Source: Chrysochromulina tobinii (lineage: Eukaryota). From it: 64,000 nucleotides of DNA. This document shows positions 33,317 through 50,146 of the stretch, one piece after another; positions within the stretch are counted from its first letter, which is position 1, and the number at the start of each line of letters is the position of its first letter. The notes under the pieces are model-generated. The model was not told the DNA's origin and made no database searches. It saw only the letters and a program-made list of their open reading frames with translations. The translations under genes and the position numbers were made by a program. Location: assembly GCA_001275005.1 (NCBI GenBank), contig JWZX01003320.1, positions 1 through 64,000 of the forward strand. Reading direction: 5' to 3'.

Positions 33317-35800
33317 ATGTCGCCATACCTCATGAAGGGCACGGGGACGCCGACCGTCTCGCTTCTACTGCAGCTGCTCCGCGAGGTCGTGCAGGCGCCT
33401 CCGGATGAGATGCGGGCGTCCACAGACGACGACATCCAGCATTGGCTTGTCAGCCTTCTGGTCGCCATGCTGTTCGCATCCTCCGTTTGTGGGTTGGCCA
33501 CTCGGCTGCGCGTACCCAAGTGCGCAGCTGCGCTCCCGTTTCTACTCGTCTTCGGCGTGCCAGGATGTGAGGCTGCTCGCGGTGTGAATTCATACACCGG
33601 GTCGGCACATCGCCTGTCGGACGCAACGCTCCTGACGTGCTCTTGGGCAGATCTCGCCGCCGGCACCGATTGCGTGCGGCGCGCTCTGCACATCGACGGC
33701 GCCGTGGCCGTCACCGGCGTCCCGGGGCTCGCGCGCGCGCGCACGGAGGCCTTCCTAGCGCTTGCACGATGCCTGGAGGCGCGCCCCGCAGACGCTCTCT
33801 CGCACACACTCAGCGACGGCACGGTGCGACGCACACTCGGTGCGCGCACTCTGCGCGGCGCGCCCGAACCGCTCGTGAGCGCGTGCGATGGCGCCGACAG
33901 CACCCAGGTGCACGAGGCGACCGACGCCCTTCGTGCCCTTGTCGACCAAGGCACGCGCCGTTTCGTGAGGGCGCTCGAACCGCTCGTGCGGCCTGGGGTC
34001 GCGCTGCCTGGCGGGGCCGCATCGCTCACAGAACTGGTCCTTGGCGTAGAGCACCTCGAGCACTTCCATGCGTACTCGCCCCGCGCGCCGCCCACACCTC
34101 CCACGCTGTTCAACGGCTCCGCGGCTGCCGCCGCTGAGGCGCTGCCGCCCACGCTTCCGATGCATGTGGATGCGGGCCTGTTCATCAGCATAGTGCCAGC
34201 GCTGTACCTACCGGTACCCGCTGCTGCTGCCTCGGCGGCCGCCGCCTCCGGCGACACCGGCGTCTCTGCCGCCTCCTCCTCCGACGCCTCCGCCTCCGCC
34301 TCCGCCCCCTCGTCCTCCTCATCATCCTCGCCGCCGCCTCACGATTTCTTCGTGGAGCGAAGCGACGGCGCGTATGCGTACCTTCCAGCGCACGCGGCAA
34401 CCGATTCATTGCTCTTCGTGCTCGGCGACGGCTGGTCACACTGGATCAACCCTGTACTCAAGCTGTCACTGCGCGCCGCGCCGCACACGATCATCGTGCC
34501 GCCGCGCGCCGCGGCCGACGGCGTGGGCAAAGCCGTCGGGGGCGCGGGGGAGATGACGAAACTTCGTCTCTGGCATGGCAGGATGGTGCTGCCGCCCGCG
34601 ACGGCGCCCATGCCCAGCGGTGGCGACTTTGAAAGCTGGCGGCGCGGGCGGGTGGCCTGGGCACTCGAAGTGGCCGCGGGCGCCCGCGACGCGGCAACGG
34701 CTGGCCGCAATCTCGAGCGCGAGCTCGATTCGTCCTCGTCTGCCGCGCAAGCGGAGGCGCTGCCGGCGGGCTGTGCGGGCGGCGGCACGCTACTTCTCGA
34801 AGACTCAGGCTGCGTGGTGCCCCCTAGCCCGCCCGGGACCCCTCCAGATCCCCATGCAGGGGAGCCTGGCATCCGGTGCTGGATGCGCTGTCAGTCCGTC
34901 AAGGAGCTACCCTGCGGCGACAAGGCTGCGTGCGTGGACACATCCACACCAGCCTATACACCAGTTGACCCCGAGAAGATGTGCGGGGCCGCGTGCAAGC
35001 CACAATGCCTCGCAGGGCCGCCGCCGCCGCCGCCTGGCTTTTGTGACGGGCCGCCCGTGGACATGTCGATGAGAGGGTTCATCTGGGCGGGACAGGGCGC
35101 CGACTGCCTGATGCTCCTGCACAGCGACTTCCCTCTGGACTCGCCCGTCCGCATGAGCGCGGGCGTCGTGATCACGCTGCTGCTCGGCTTCGTCGTCGAG
35201 GCTCTCACATGCTTCCGACGGCGCCTCGTGGGCAAATTTGGGATCCGACGAGGGCCCAGCCTGCCACGCACTTGGGCAGCAATCTCGATCGGCATGTACG
35301 CGCTGCAGACTGCCCTCGCGTACGTTCTCATGCTCATCGCGATGACGTACCAGTCTGAGCTCTTCATCGCCGTCATTGCCGGCCTAGCGCTCGGACACTC
35401 GTGCTTTAACCTGCGCGCACCCGTACCCGAGTCGGCCGACCCATGCTGCCAGTCGATGAACCAGCTCGACCACCTGGGGAAGCCCTCGATTCAATCGGAC
35501 GGGCGCGTCGCGCCGTACCTCCCACCAGCCTCCTCGATGGTGCAGCCGCTGCTCGCTGGCGGGCTCGTGAGCTTCACAGAGTCTTCACAGCTCGTGAGCT
35601 ATCGACTGCGCGTCACCGGCATGGTGTGTGAGAGCTGTGAAGACACTGTGAAGCGTGCGCTCGCCGCCGTCGATGGCGTCCAGTCTGTGCGCGTCGACCT
35701 TCCAAAAGAGGAGTCGGAGGTCGGGTGCGTGCCGACGGTCGGCGCTCAGGTACTCATCGAGGCCTTGCGCAAGGCGGGCCATGACGCCTTCCTTAAGTGA
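33317..35800 (+). CDS. Fusion of a 2OG-Fe(II) oxygenase-like domain, Cys-rich linker, Ctr copper transporter and HMA domain
   Basis: MHVDAG...APH (HxD..H); LMLIAMTY (MxxxM) and GLALG; GMVCESC. Start codon uncertain. Confidence 0.8.
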   Translation: MSPYLMKGTGTPTVSLLLQLLREVVQAPPDEMRASTDDDIQHWLVSLLVAMLFASSVCGLATRLRVPKCAAALPFLLVFGVPGCEAARGVNSYTGSAHRLSDATLLTCSWADLAAGTDCVRRALHIDGAVAVTGVPGLARARTEAFLALARCLEARPADALSHTLSDGTVRRTLGARTLRGAPEPLVSACDGADSTQVHEATDALRALVDQGTRRFVRALEPLVRPGVALPGGAASLTELVLGVEHLEHFHAYSPRAPPTPPTLFNGSAAAAAEALPPTLPMHVDAGLFISIVPALYLPVPAAAASAAAASGDTGVSAASSSDASASASAPSSSSSSSPPPHDFFVERSDGAYAYLPAHAATDSLLFVLGDGWSHWINPVLKLSLRAAPHTIIVPPRAAADGVGKAVGGAGEMTKLRLWHGRMVLPPATAPMPSGGDFESWRRGRVAWALEVAAGARDAATAGRNLERELDSSSSAAQAEALPAGCAGGGTLLLEDSGCVVPPSPPGTPPDPHAGEPGIRCWMRCQSVKELPCGDKAACVDTSTPAYTPVDPEKMCGAACKPQCLAGPPPPPPGFCDGPPVDMSMRGFIWAGQGADCLMLLHSDFPLDSPVRMSAGVVITLLLGFVVEALTCFRRRLVGKFGIRRGPSLPRTWAAISIGMYALQTALAYVLMLIAMTYQSELFIAVIAGLALGHSCFNLRAPVPESADPCCQSMNQLDHLGKPSIQSDGRVAPYLPPASSMVQPLLAGGLVSFTESSQLVSYRLRVTGMVCESCEDTVKRALAAVDGVQSVRVDLPKEESEVGCVPTVGAQVLIEALRKAGHDAFLK

Positions 35801-36684
35801 GGGCGGCGCAGCGGACTCGCGTCGCCATCTTCATTCATTCTTGCTCATCTTGCTCATCCGGAACCTGGCACCTCGACCGGAGGTCTACAGCGTGTACACT
35901 CAGTCCTACACGGAACAAGCGGTGGCCCGTGCACATGTTACAACAGAAGACGAAACCGCGAACGCAACATTCGATTCACACGATGCGCGATACGAAGCGG
36001 CCCGCATGTACATTGACTTCTCATTTCCGTTTCCGATGCGGTGCAACTTGCGAGCGAAACTGTAGAACGTTTACCCCGATACGAACCGCGCAACCAGGCC
36101 CCACACACGCGCCGAAAATTAAGTCTCACAGATAGCGACCATGTGAGAGCGACCCACCTTCTCGGTTCTTCTATTGACATTTTGACAATTTGACGGTAAG
36201 GCGCCGGGCGGCCCCCCACCGGCATTTTCCCGGCGGCCTTCGTGGCGGGCGCCGGTCGCGTCGGTCTTGGCGTCCGGTAAAGCTAGTAGAAACGCGGCTA
36301 ACGGCGGGTACCGAGTCTACTATTGTTCATGTTTATCCAAAGGGCCCAATCCTATACACCTGTTTGGAATTGAATGTACTGCATCCACCTCCCTGAGATA
36401 CCAGTTATCGTATCGAGATTCACATGTGGCGACAAAACGTAGAAGCGGTAGCTTGCTAGCTTGGCGCCACAAAGTCCAATGTGGACGAGTTCGAATCGGA
36501 TCGGATGGCCGCTTGGACAGCGCCCTCTGCGGAGAATCACGCGGAATGCCGCGCCCATCGCCCAACGGTACCGCCAAGTGGCGCCGTCGTTGCCGTCTCG
36601 GGAGGGATCAGATTTGACGAAGCAGACTTGACGAAACGCAAGCTCGCACGCCGTCGAGACGCGCAGAACGGCTTATCTCGATCT

Positions 36685-37473
36685 TCATTTCCCCATCTTC
36701 CCCTTCCCCGAGGAAGCCTTGGGCTTGATGAGGCCTTTTGCCTTGAGGATGCCGAGGGTTATCTTCATGAACCAATGACATGAGATGCCCCACAGGAATA
36801 TGTTGCTGGGCAGCAGCAGATATCGCAACACCGGGTTGACGCGTTCGAGCGCGCTGAGCTCCGGAAGCGTCACGAAGAGGTCGCGGCTCAGCCGCCACGC
36901 GCAGAACGCCATGGAGATCACACGCGTCATCAGGAAGCCCGCCCACAGCACGAGCACGTTCGGCGCATACAGCGGGTGCTTTTTCAAGCCTGCTATGCCC
37001 AGAATCGTGTGCAGCGAGAGGGGCATGTTGGTGAACTCCGCGAGGCCACACCAGGAAACGAAATAGCCCCAAGTGCCGCTGTAAAGTGCCAAAGAGACCA
37101 CGACGATCCCCAGCACATGGTGTGCGAAGATAAAGAGTTCCTTGCCATAGAAACAGTAGAGGAAGGTCTCGTACAGCACCATCCCTAGGTTCCAACTCAG
37201 CCCTGCGACGATGTAATCGTTCTTCACGAACGCGCGGTGCGATGCTGCGGCATCACTAAACATTGTGGGGCTCCAGTCGCTTGCCTCAAACAGTCCAGCG
37301 AGGTAGAAGAGGAAGATAAGGAGGGAGACTACTCCACCAACGGCACTCTGTATTGCGAGCGAACGGTCTGCTTCTGTTGACGATGCGAGCCACGACCCTT
37401 TGGTGCACAATCTATCGGCCAAGACATGACAGGCTCCGCAGAGCACAGTGCTGCCGAAAATGGAGACAAGCAT
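36685..37473 (-). CDS. TLC (TRAM/LAG1/CLN8) domain membrane protein
   Basis: FAHHV, LAEFTNMPL, FLMTRV and HWFMKI motifs. Confidence 0.8.
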   Translation of the reverse strand: MLVSIFGSTVLCGACHVLADRLCTKGSWLASSTEADRSLAIQSAVGGVVSLLIFLFYLAGLFEASDWSPTMFSDAAASHRAFVKNDYIVAGLSWNLGMVLYETFLYCFYGKELFIFAHHVLGIVVVSLALYSGTWGYFVSWCGLAEFTNMPLSLHTILGIAGLKKHPLYAPNVLVLWAGFLMTRVISMAFCAWRLSRDLFVTLPELSALERVNPVLRYLLLPSNIFLWGISCHWFMKITLGILKAKGLIKPKASSGKGKMGK

Positions 37474-37648
37474 CTTGATGATGAGGTTCGCGGAAACACG
37501 CGGGCGGTCGACCGAGAAGTCTTTGCTACCGGTAACTGTTTACCGGTACCGGCTACTGCTGCTGCTGCTGCTGTTCAACACAACGCGCACCTTCCGGACC
37601 CCCAAGCACGAGGTGTGGACGGCTGTTCACTGTGTTCAATTCACGAAT

Positions 37649-38434
37649 TCACGAAAGGAAAGTGTCGGCTGACGGAGCGCCGGCTGCAACGCAGAAGACC
37701 AACGCATTGGCTCTGTAGTGTGTCCCGATCCACAGCCACAAATGGCCGATGCCATGGCCCCAGCCTCCGAGCCGCCGATCGGCGAGGACGAAGGAGCACA
37801 GGAGCGTGATTGTGACCGCCATTCCGTACGCGTCGTGTGTGGCACCGCCCATGTACCGCTGCCATGTCTCCAAATAGACTGCGGCTCCCATGAGGGGGTA
37901 GCGAATCGTGACCAATTCTCGATCCAATTCTGCTTTACTGGAGCTCGAGCTGAATGCAATGGCGGCGATGCCCATGAAATTCAGGCAGGCCACGCTCGCA
38001 AACTCCAGGGTCATGCGGGAGGAATGGACCATCGAGAACACCGTGTAGCCCGTTGACAGTTGAACAGCGTGCGACAGCATCATGTCCACATCCATCAAGG
38101 TGCGTGCCCAATGGGCTGGTGGGCGCCATTTGGAAGCAGATGGAAGCGTCGAAAGCATGAGCACGAGGTGGAACGACATGGAAGCTACCGTCTGTATGCA
38201 CACTACCGCTGCGAAATATAGGATTGCCGGCTGGTGGATTCGCAGCAGCAGAAGCACCATCGTCGGAACCATCGTGATGCCGTTGAACGCTTCCTGCTTC
38301 CAGCCCATGCACGACTGCTTGAGCGTCGGAACGTCGTTGACTTTCGTCGATGGCAAGCTGCAAGCTGTATCTAGCCGGTGCTGCGCAGCACGCGTTCGAC
38401 GAGCACCACTGGCATCACCGATCATTTTCTGCAC
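37649..38434 (-). CDS. CREST-superfamily-like multi-pass membrane protein
   Basis: SxxxH (SMSFH), a conserved Asp, HxxxH (HGIGH) and multiple TM segments. Start codon uncertain. Confidence 0.55.
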   Translation of the reverse strand: MQKMIGDASGARRTRAAQHRLDTACSLPSTKVNDVPTLKQSCMGWKQEAFNGITMVPTMVLLLLRIHQPAILYFAAVVCIQTVASMSFHLVLMLSTLPSASKWRPPAHWARTLMDVDMMLSHAVQLSTGYTVFSMVHSSRMTLEFASVACLNFMGIAAIAFSSSSSKAELDRELVTIRYPLMGAAVYLETWQRYMGGATHDAYGMAVTITLLCSFVLADRRLGGWGHGIGHLWLWIGTHYRANALVFCVAAGAPSADTFLS

Positions 38435-38647
38435 CTATGACGTCTACATGTACGATTCCAGTCCCGGTATACAAGCGGCACATGCGCGAGGCGATTCGAA
38501 AAGAACCAGATCTCTGTGAGATTGCGCTCGTTTTGTCGCTGGTCGCACGTATGTTGTTGCCGACGCGTCGACTTCCGAAACCGTGCAGTGACCGCGTGAC
38601 CACGCGGGCGCCCCCAACTTTTTGCGAACACGTCACTAACACGTCGA

Positions 38648-39346
38648 ATGGCGTTCATGGACGTGGTCGGCACGCCTACGTCACGACGACAGTTGGTTGC
38701 ATCCTTGCGCACGAGCTTGCCGGCAGATATCAATGGTGGCACGAGCATCCTCCTGGCTGCTGGTGCCGCGGCCGTCGTCATCTTCTGGCTCCTGAGTGGA
38801 CGCGGTGGCCAGGGTAGCACAGTGGATCAACAGGAATTGGCAGCTGCAAGGCTGAAGCACTTTGAAGCCAAGAAACGTAAGCACCGCTCACCTAGCAAGC
38901 GCCCGGCAGTCGACACCGGCACTGTGCCCTGGGATCCACCTCGCTACAAGCCAGCAGCGGATGAGGGATTGAGCGAGAAGACACTGAAGATTAAGGGCGA
39001 GCTCCTTGAGGTGCGCGACGGCGGGTACGCGTGGCAGCGCGCCAGCTGCCTGCTCGACACAGGCAATCTGGCAATCACCGTCGTCGACGAAGCCTATGCG
39101 CGCCGCCATCAAATCTTCGTTCCAGGAACCTCATCGGTCTTCGCACGAGCCGAGAGAGAAGTGACCCTGAGAGGCGTAGTGCCCGGAGCGGAGGTGCGTG
39201 CGCCGGTCGTGACGGTGGCGTTGCGGCTTCGTGGGCGCCTGTTCACACTGTCCGTGGCGATCAGCCCATTGATGGGGGGGGAAGACGTCTTGTTGGGCGT
39301 CGATGTGCTCGAGCAACTGTTTGCTGAAGGGTGGCGGATTGGCTAA
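38648..39346 (+). CDS. Membrane-anchored single-domain retropepsin-like aspartic protease
   Basis: LLDTG active site, DVLLGVDVL C-terminal motif and an N-terminal TM segment. Confidence 0.75.
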   Translation: MAFMDVVGTPTSRRQLVASLRTSLPADINGGTSILLAAGAAAVVIFWLLSGRGGQGSTVDQQELAAARLKHFEAKKRKHRSPSKRPAVDTGTVPWDPPRYKPAADEGLSEKTLKIKGELLEVRDGGYAWQRASCLLDTGNLAITVVDEAYARRHQIFVPGTSSVFARAEREVTLRGVVPGAEVRAPVVTVALRLRGRLFTLSVAISPLMGGEDVLLGVDVLEQLFAEGWRIG

Positions 39347-42300
39347 TTTGTGAGCTGATCCGGAACACATAAGCCGAAAACGAAACGTTGCTCCCCGCCC
39401 AACGCTCCCCTCAGTTCTGTCCCCGGCCTTTCAATTGTACCGGGTATTTGTCCCTTGCATGCAATCCATTTTTCGAGGTCACGCGGGTCTCTTCCAACCA
39501 ACTCCACAACTATTTCGGAAGCGGATGAGCCGTCCGAACCCGCTTGATCAAGCGGTCCTTGAGATGGTCTCCACATTCGTGTCAGAGGCAGTTGCTTCCG
39601 CGCTGAATGATAGAGAGACAGCTGGAACGTATCCCACGACACTGCACGTTGAGGATGGTGCTGCGCTACTGACGCAGGCCACCTCCGTCGCAGAAGGCAC
39701 TGCTGCCTCGCCGTGTACAGCCTCCGCTGCACAGTCGCCCAGCCCAGCGCGACCAAATACACGCGGCACCGCAGCACGGCCTCCAGCATCGCAGCAGCCC
39801 TCAGCCGCAGCGCCAGGTGTTGCTGCATTGCGTGCTTCTTCGCCAGCACCAGCACCAGCACCAGCACCGACCGCAACCGTAAGTGCTTCGGCGCCTTTGG
39901 CGCCAGCACTGACTGCATCGGAAAGTACATCGGCGCCGATGGCAGCGCCGATGGCAGCGCTGATGGCAGCGCCGGTGGCAGCGCCGGTGACAGCGCCGAT
40001 GGCAGCACCTGCGGGAGCACCTGCGGGAGCACCTCGAGAGGCGTCGTCCGCAGCAGCAGCAGCAGTCGCTCCTGGAAACAAGGGCAGCACGGCGATGCAG
40101 GACGCACATGTCAAGGGCAGCAGCGGCATGAGAGGCAGCCGCGCAGGTGCTGCCGCCTCAAGCACGCCGGCGAGTGCGCGCGTTCGCTCGTCGCCGCCCT
40201 TGCCAGCAGTGCGTGGCGGCAGCTTCACCACCGGCAGTAACGGCGGTGGCACCATTGGCAGCAGCAGAGGCATCAGCAGAGGCATCAGCAGTGGCATCAG
40301 GAACCTTGGAGGTCGGGGCGGTGGCAGCAGGGAGGACGCAGCAGGGCAAGTTGCTGCAAGGGAGGCGGCGCGCCTCGCAACCCGCAATGCCGCGGCCACC
40401 AAGGTGGCCTCGATTGAGCGCGGCCGCCAGGACCGGCGGATGGTGAGCGAGCTGCGAAAGGCCTCTGCAGAGGCAGCGTCGGCGGCCGTGGCGGCCGCGC
40501 AGGCGGCGGGCGTTCTTGCGGCTATCGCAAAGGCGGCGGCAGAGGCGGCTGCAGCGGATGCGCCGGCTAAAATGCCATCCGCGATAGGGAGCCGTCGCCA
40601 TAGTAGTCCGGGCGGGAGAGGCGGCGGCGGCGGCAAACTCGGTGCAGACGGTGGCGGCAAAGGCGGCGGTGCAGGCGGCGGTACCGGCAGAGGCCTTGTG
40701 TTGAGCCGAGGCGTTCATCCCAGCACGAGCCCAGCAGCCGAGGGCGACAAAGGCGGCGGTGGCGTGAGCGCGGGCACGGAGGCGCAGCCCTCGACGGCAC
40801 GTGGGGGGAGTACACGCGGGAGTACACGCGGGAGTACACGCAGCGATGCACGCAGCGATGGTAACCGCGCTGAGCCTCTTCTCTCGTCGCAACAGCTCAA
40901 GGCCGGAAATAACGGTTCTGGTGCGTGTCCAAGCACTGTCAGTGCTCAGGTGCGCCCCGGCACCGCTGCCGAGCACGCTAGCCTCGCCACCCTCGTGTCG
41001 ACCGACCCAACCGAGGTGGATGTGCCTCTGGTGGTGCATCCCATGGCCCAAGAGCATCGCAAGCTGGCTGGTGGCAGCGTGAGCGCAGTCGGCTCCTCCG
41101 GGATCGGCTGGATCGTTCACGGCGGCGGCGGGCGCCGCTGCCGCCCCGCCTCGCGCGTCGTGTTCAACTCTGCGGGCTTCGCGGCCTCTCGCTCAACGGA
41201 TGCCTCGACGCACTACTGCCCTGTGTGCCACCTGCTCTTACCCTTCGACGCGCTGCGAGGCCTGGGCTCGGTGGTCTGGGACGGCACTGTCGCCTTCGTG
41301 CAGAGTGCGACGCCGCCCTCGCCGCCACGGCCTGAGGCCCTCGCACGCCACCAGAGTCTCAAGGAGAAGAGAGCCGCACGTCAGGCTGAGGAGAGCCGAG
41401 CGGCTTTGGAGAAGCATGCGGCCGCCACGAGGGCCGAAGACGAACGGCGGAGCGCCGCGAGGGCGGACGCCGAGAAGGCGGAGAGAGCTGCGGCGATGAA
41501 GGCCGCCGAAGAAGAACGAACATCCCAAGAGGTGCAGCTCAAGCTTCGAGAGGCACTGAGCGCCAACCGCGTGCGCGTGCTCGACTTATTTCGTCAGAGT
41601 ACCGTCGACGCCGAGGGCAATTTGCTGGGTGACGGCAAGGTGCGGGCGGCCGAACTACGCAAGGTCCTGGCCATCCTCGGCCACGCCGACGTGCGGACTG
41701 AGGACGTCGACCGCCTCTTCGCGACCATGGACCGGCACAAGAACGGCACGCTCGAGTACAGGGAGATCGACCGAGTGCTCGCCCAAGCTCCTCGCGGGCG
41801 CTCGAGCTCGCCGAGATCCGATCTGAAGATGGGAGATCGCTCGAGCTCGCCGAGCTTGGAGGGGGGTGGCCCGCCCGGTGCAGTGCCCGAGGGGGGTGGG
41901 GCCGGCGCACTGAGGGCCTCGGGGGTCTCGAGTGGTGCTCGAGCAGGGGTGGGGGTGGGGGTGGGGGTGGGGTCGAGGGCCTCGGGGGTCTCGAGTGGTG
42001 CTCGAGCAGATGGCCATCTTCGGCCGCCGACCTCGCCCACGAGCGTAGGCGTGCGCGACAGCCGCTCGCTGCGGATGCGCTTGCTGGCCAAGGCAGAGGC
42101 CAAGGCCCACGCGAAGGCACAAGTAGACGAGGAGGTACCGGCGGCGGAGGCCCCCGCGGCGGCTGTGCCCGAGGTGGCAGCGCCTGAGGTTGCAGCTCCC
42201 GAGGCGGCCGCCGTGCCTTTCGTCAGTGCCGAAGAAGCGCATCTCGCTCGCCTGGTTCAGATCGCGCGAGATGCACATCATGCCGCTGAGACTCATCAGG

Positions 42301-44199
42301 AGACGTCGGAGGATGCGGTACTCCAAAAGGCTGAGCGCCGGCGCAAGGCGCGTGAGGCCGCCGCGCTCATGCTGTTTTCCCAGCCGCCCTCACGGAGCAT
42401 CACGCCGAGCGCGACGCCATCGGCGACACCGCGAGCCGCCAGTTCCGTCAGTTCCGTCACACCACGTGTCACATCGACACCGCGAGCCGCCAGTTCCGTC
42501 AGTTCCGTCACACCACGTGTCACATCGACACCGCGAGCCGCCAGTTCCGTCAGTTCCGTCACCCCACGTGTCACATCGAGCTCCGTCACCCCTCGCCAGC
42601 ATTCCTCTACCAGTACGCCGCGCCGTCGCGAGCATAGCCGAGCGCCCCCGTCTGCGCAGCCGGACGCTCAGGACGACGCTCCCGCCTGCCCTGCCGCTAC
42701 CAGCCGCCCTGCCACCAGCGCTTCGGGCGGGGCGGCCAGCACGGCAGCTGCCGGCGCTGCTGCCGTCGCTGCTGCAGCGGCCGCCATTGCTCCGCCCCTA
42801 ATTAGGAACGCCAGTGCTCCGCCCCCCCTGGCCGGTGCCGCTGTCGCGGCAGCTCCTCGGGTGCCGCAGCTGCCTTCTGAGACGGGCGCCGGGGGTGGCT
42901 CAGCGACTACGTCGAGGAAGAGCTCGCCTCTGAAGATGCACCGACCACCGCTGGTTGCCAAGCCTGCCGCGTCGTCCTCTGCGAACGGCGCCACGGTCGT
43001 CTCCTCAGCCACTGCCCCCCCCAAATCGGCCGAAGTCTCGAGCTGTGCAATCAGCGCTGGCAAGGCTGGAGTCATTCACGCCGCAGATCACAAGGCGATG
43101 ACGACCCGAGCGCTTCCGCCGCTTCCACTGCCGCCAGCTGCACCGTACGAACCGATGCTTCCCTCCGAGGCTCCGCCGTCACTGCCACACCTGGTCGCAG
43201 CCGGAGCCTGCGGAGGGGCTTCCTCCTCGCGATCGTCACGCGAACGTCGCGCAAGCCCCACAGGTCGCACCACCTCACCCAATCGTACAGCAGCCGCGGC
43301 ATCGTCGCCGGCTGAAGTGGCAAGCGCGCCTATCTCGAAATCGGAACTCGCCGCGTCCGCCGCACCGCCTGCCCCTCACGCCGCACCGCCTCTCACCCCC
43401 CTACCCCTCACGCCGCACCGCCTACCCCTCCTTCGGCTCCGGCTATCCAGACGTTGGGCAGTGCCCGCGTCGGCACGCCGCTGGGCAGTGCCCGCGTCGG
43501 CACGCCGCTGCAGAGCGCGCGCATCGGCACGCCGCTGCAGAGCGCCCGCATCGGCACGCCGCTGCAGAGCGCACGGGCCGCGCCGGCTCCAGCTGCACCG
43601 AGCGCGGCACCGAGTGCGGCACCGAGCGCTGCACCGAGCGCTGCACCGAGGGTCCCGCCGTTTGCCTCTATGCCGGCGCCAATGGCTGCCGGCAGTAGCA
43701 TTGCGACCGACACAGCGGCCGCGCCCACGGCGGCCACAGCGACAGCCTGCACTCGGGTTCGGGCCCGGAAGCAAAGTGTACCACGATCGGCCTCGCCCTC
43801 GCCGCTGCCGCCGCCTCCGCCTCCGCCTCCGGAGGACGCCCAGCTGGTCGTGGCGCATTTCGTCGATGGGCTCGCACGGCTCTCGCACGCGTCGCATCCA
43901 GAGCGCGACATGGTTCGGATCGTAGGAGCCACTCCTCCACTCATTGCTCTCTTCAAGTCTAGCGAGGACCTGCGCATCGTCGGCGTCGCCACTGCGTGCG
44001 TGCGTCAGTTGGCGAGCCACCCGCCGCATCGTCCGCCGCTGCTCGCGGCAGGGGCGGTGCCGCTGCTCGTCCAGCTGCTCGTGCACCATGCGCCACGACA
44101 CCTCTACCTGCACGGTACACGTGGCGGTGCTCTCGGCGCTCATCTCGGCGCTCTCGGCGTAGGGCGCGCTGGCACCTCTGCGGGTGCCAAGCGACCGAC

Positions 44200-49954
<5,755 letters not shown>

Positions 49955-50146
49955 TTCTCAGGCCTCCTTGGTGTGAATGGAACACGAGTTTTCACAAACC
50001 CACGGCCCGCTTGAGATTCCATGTTCCATAAGGCAGCAGTTCAACAGTCAACAACTCAGCACATACAATCGTCCTACCAGCCCTGTGCGAGGCCCGCATG
50101 TGTACCATGTAGACAGCATGTGGCTTAAGGGTCACACCAAAAGACC

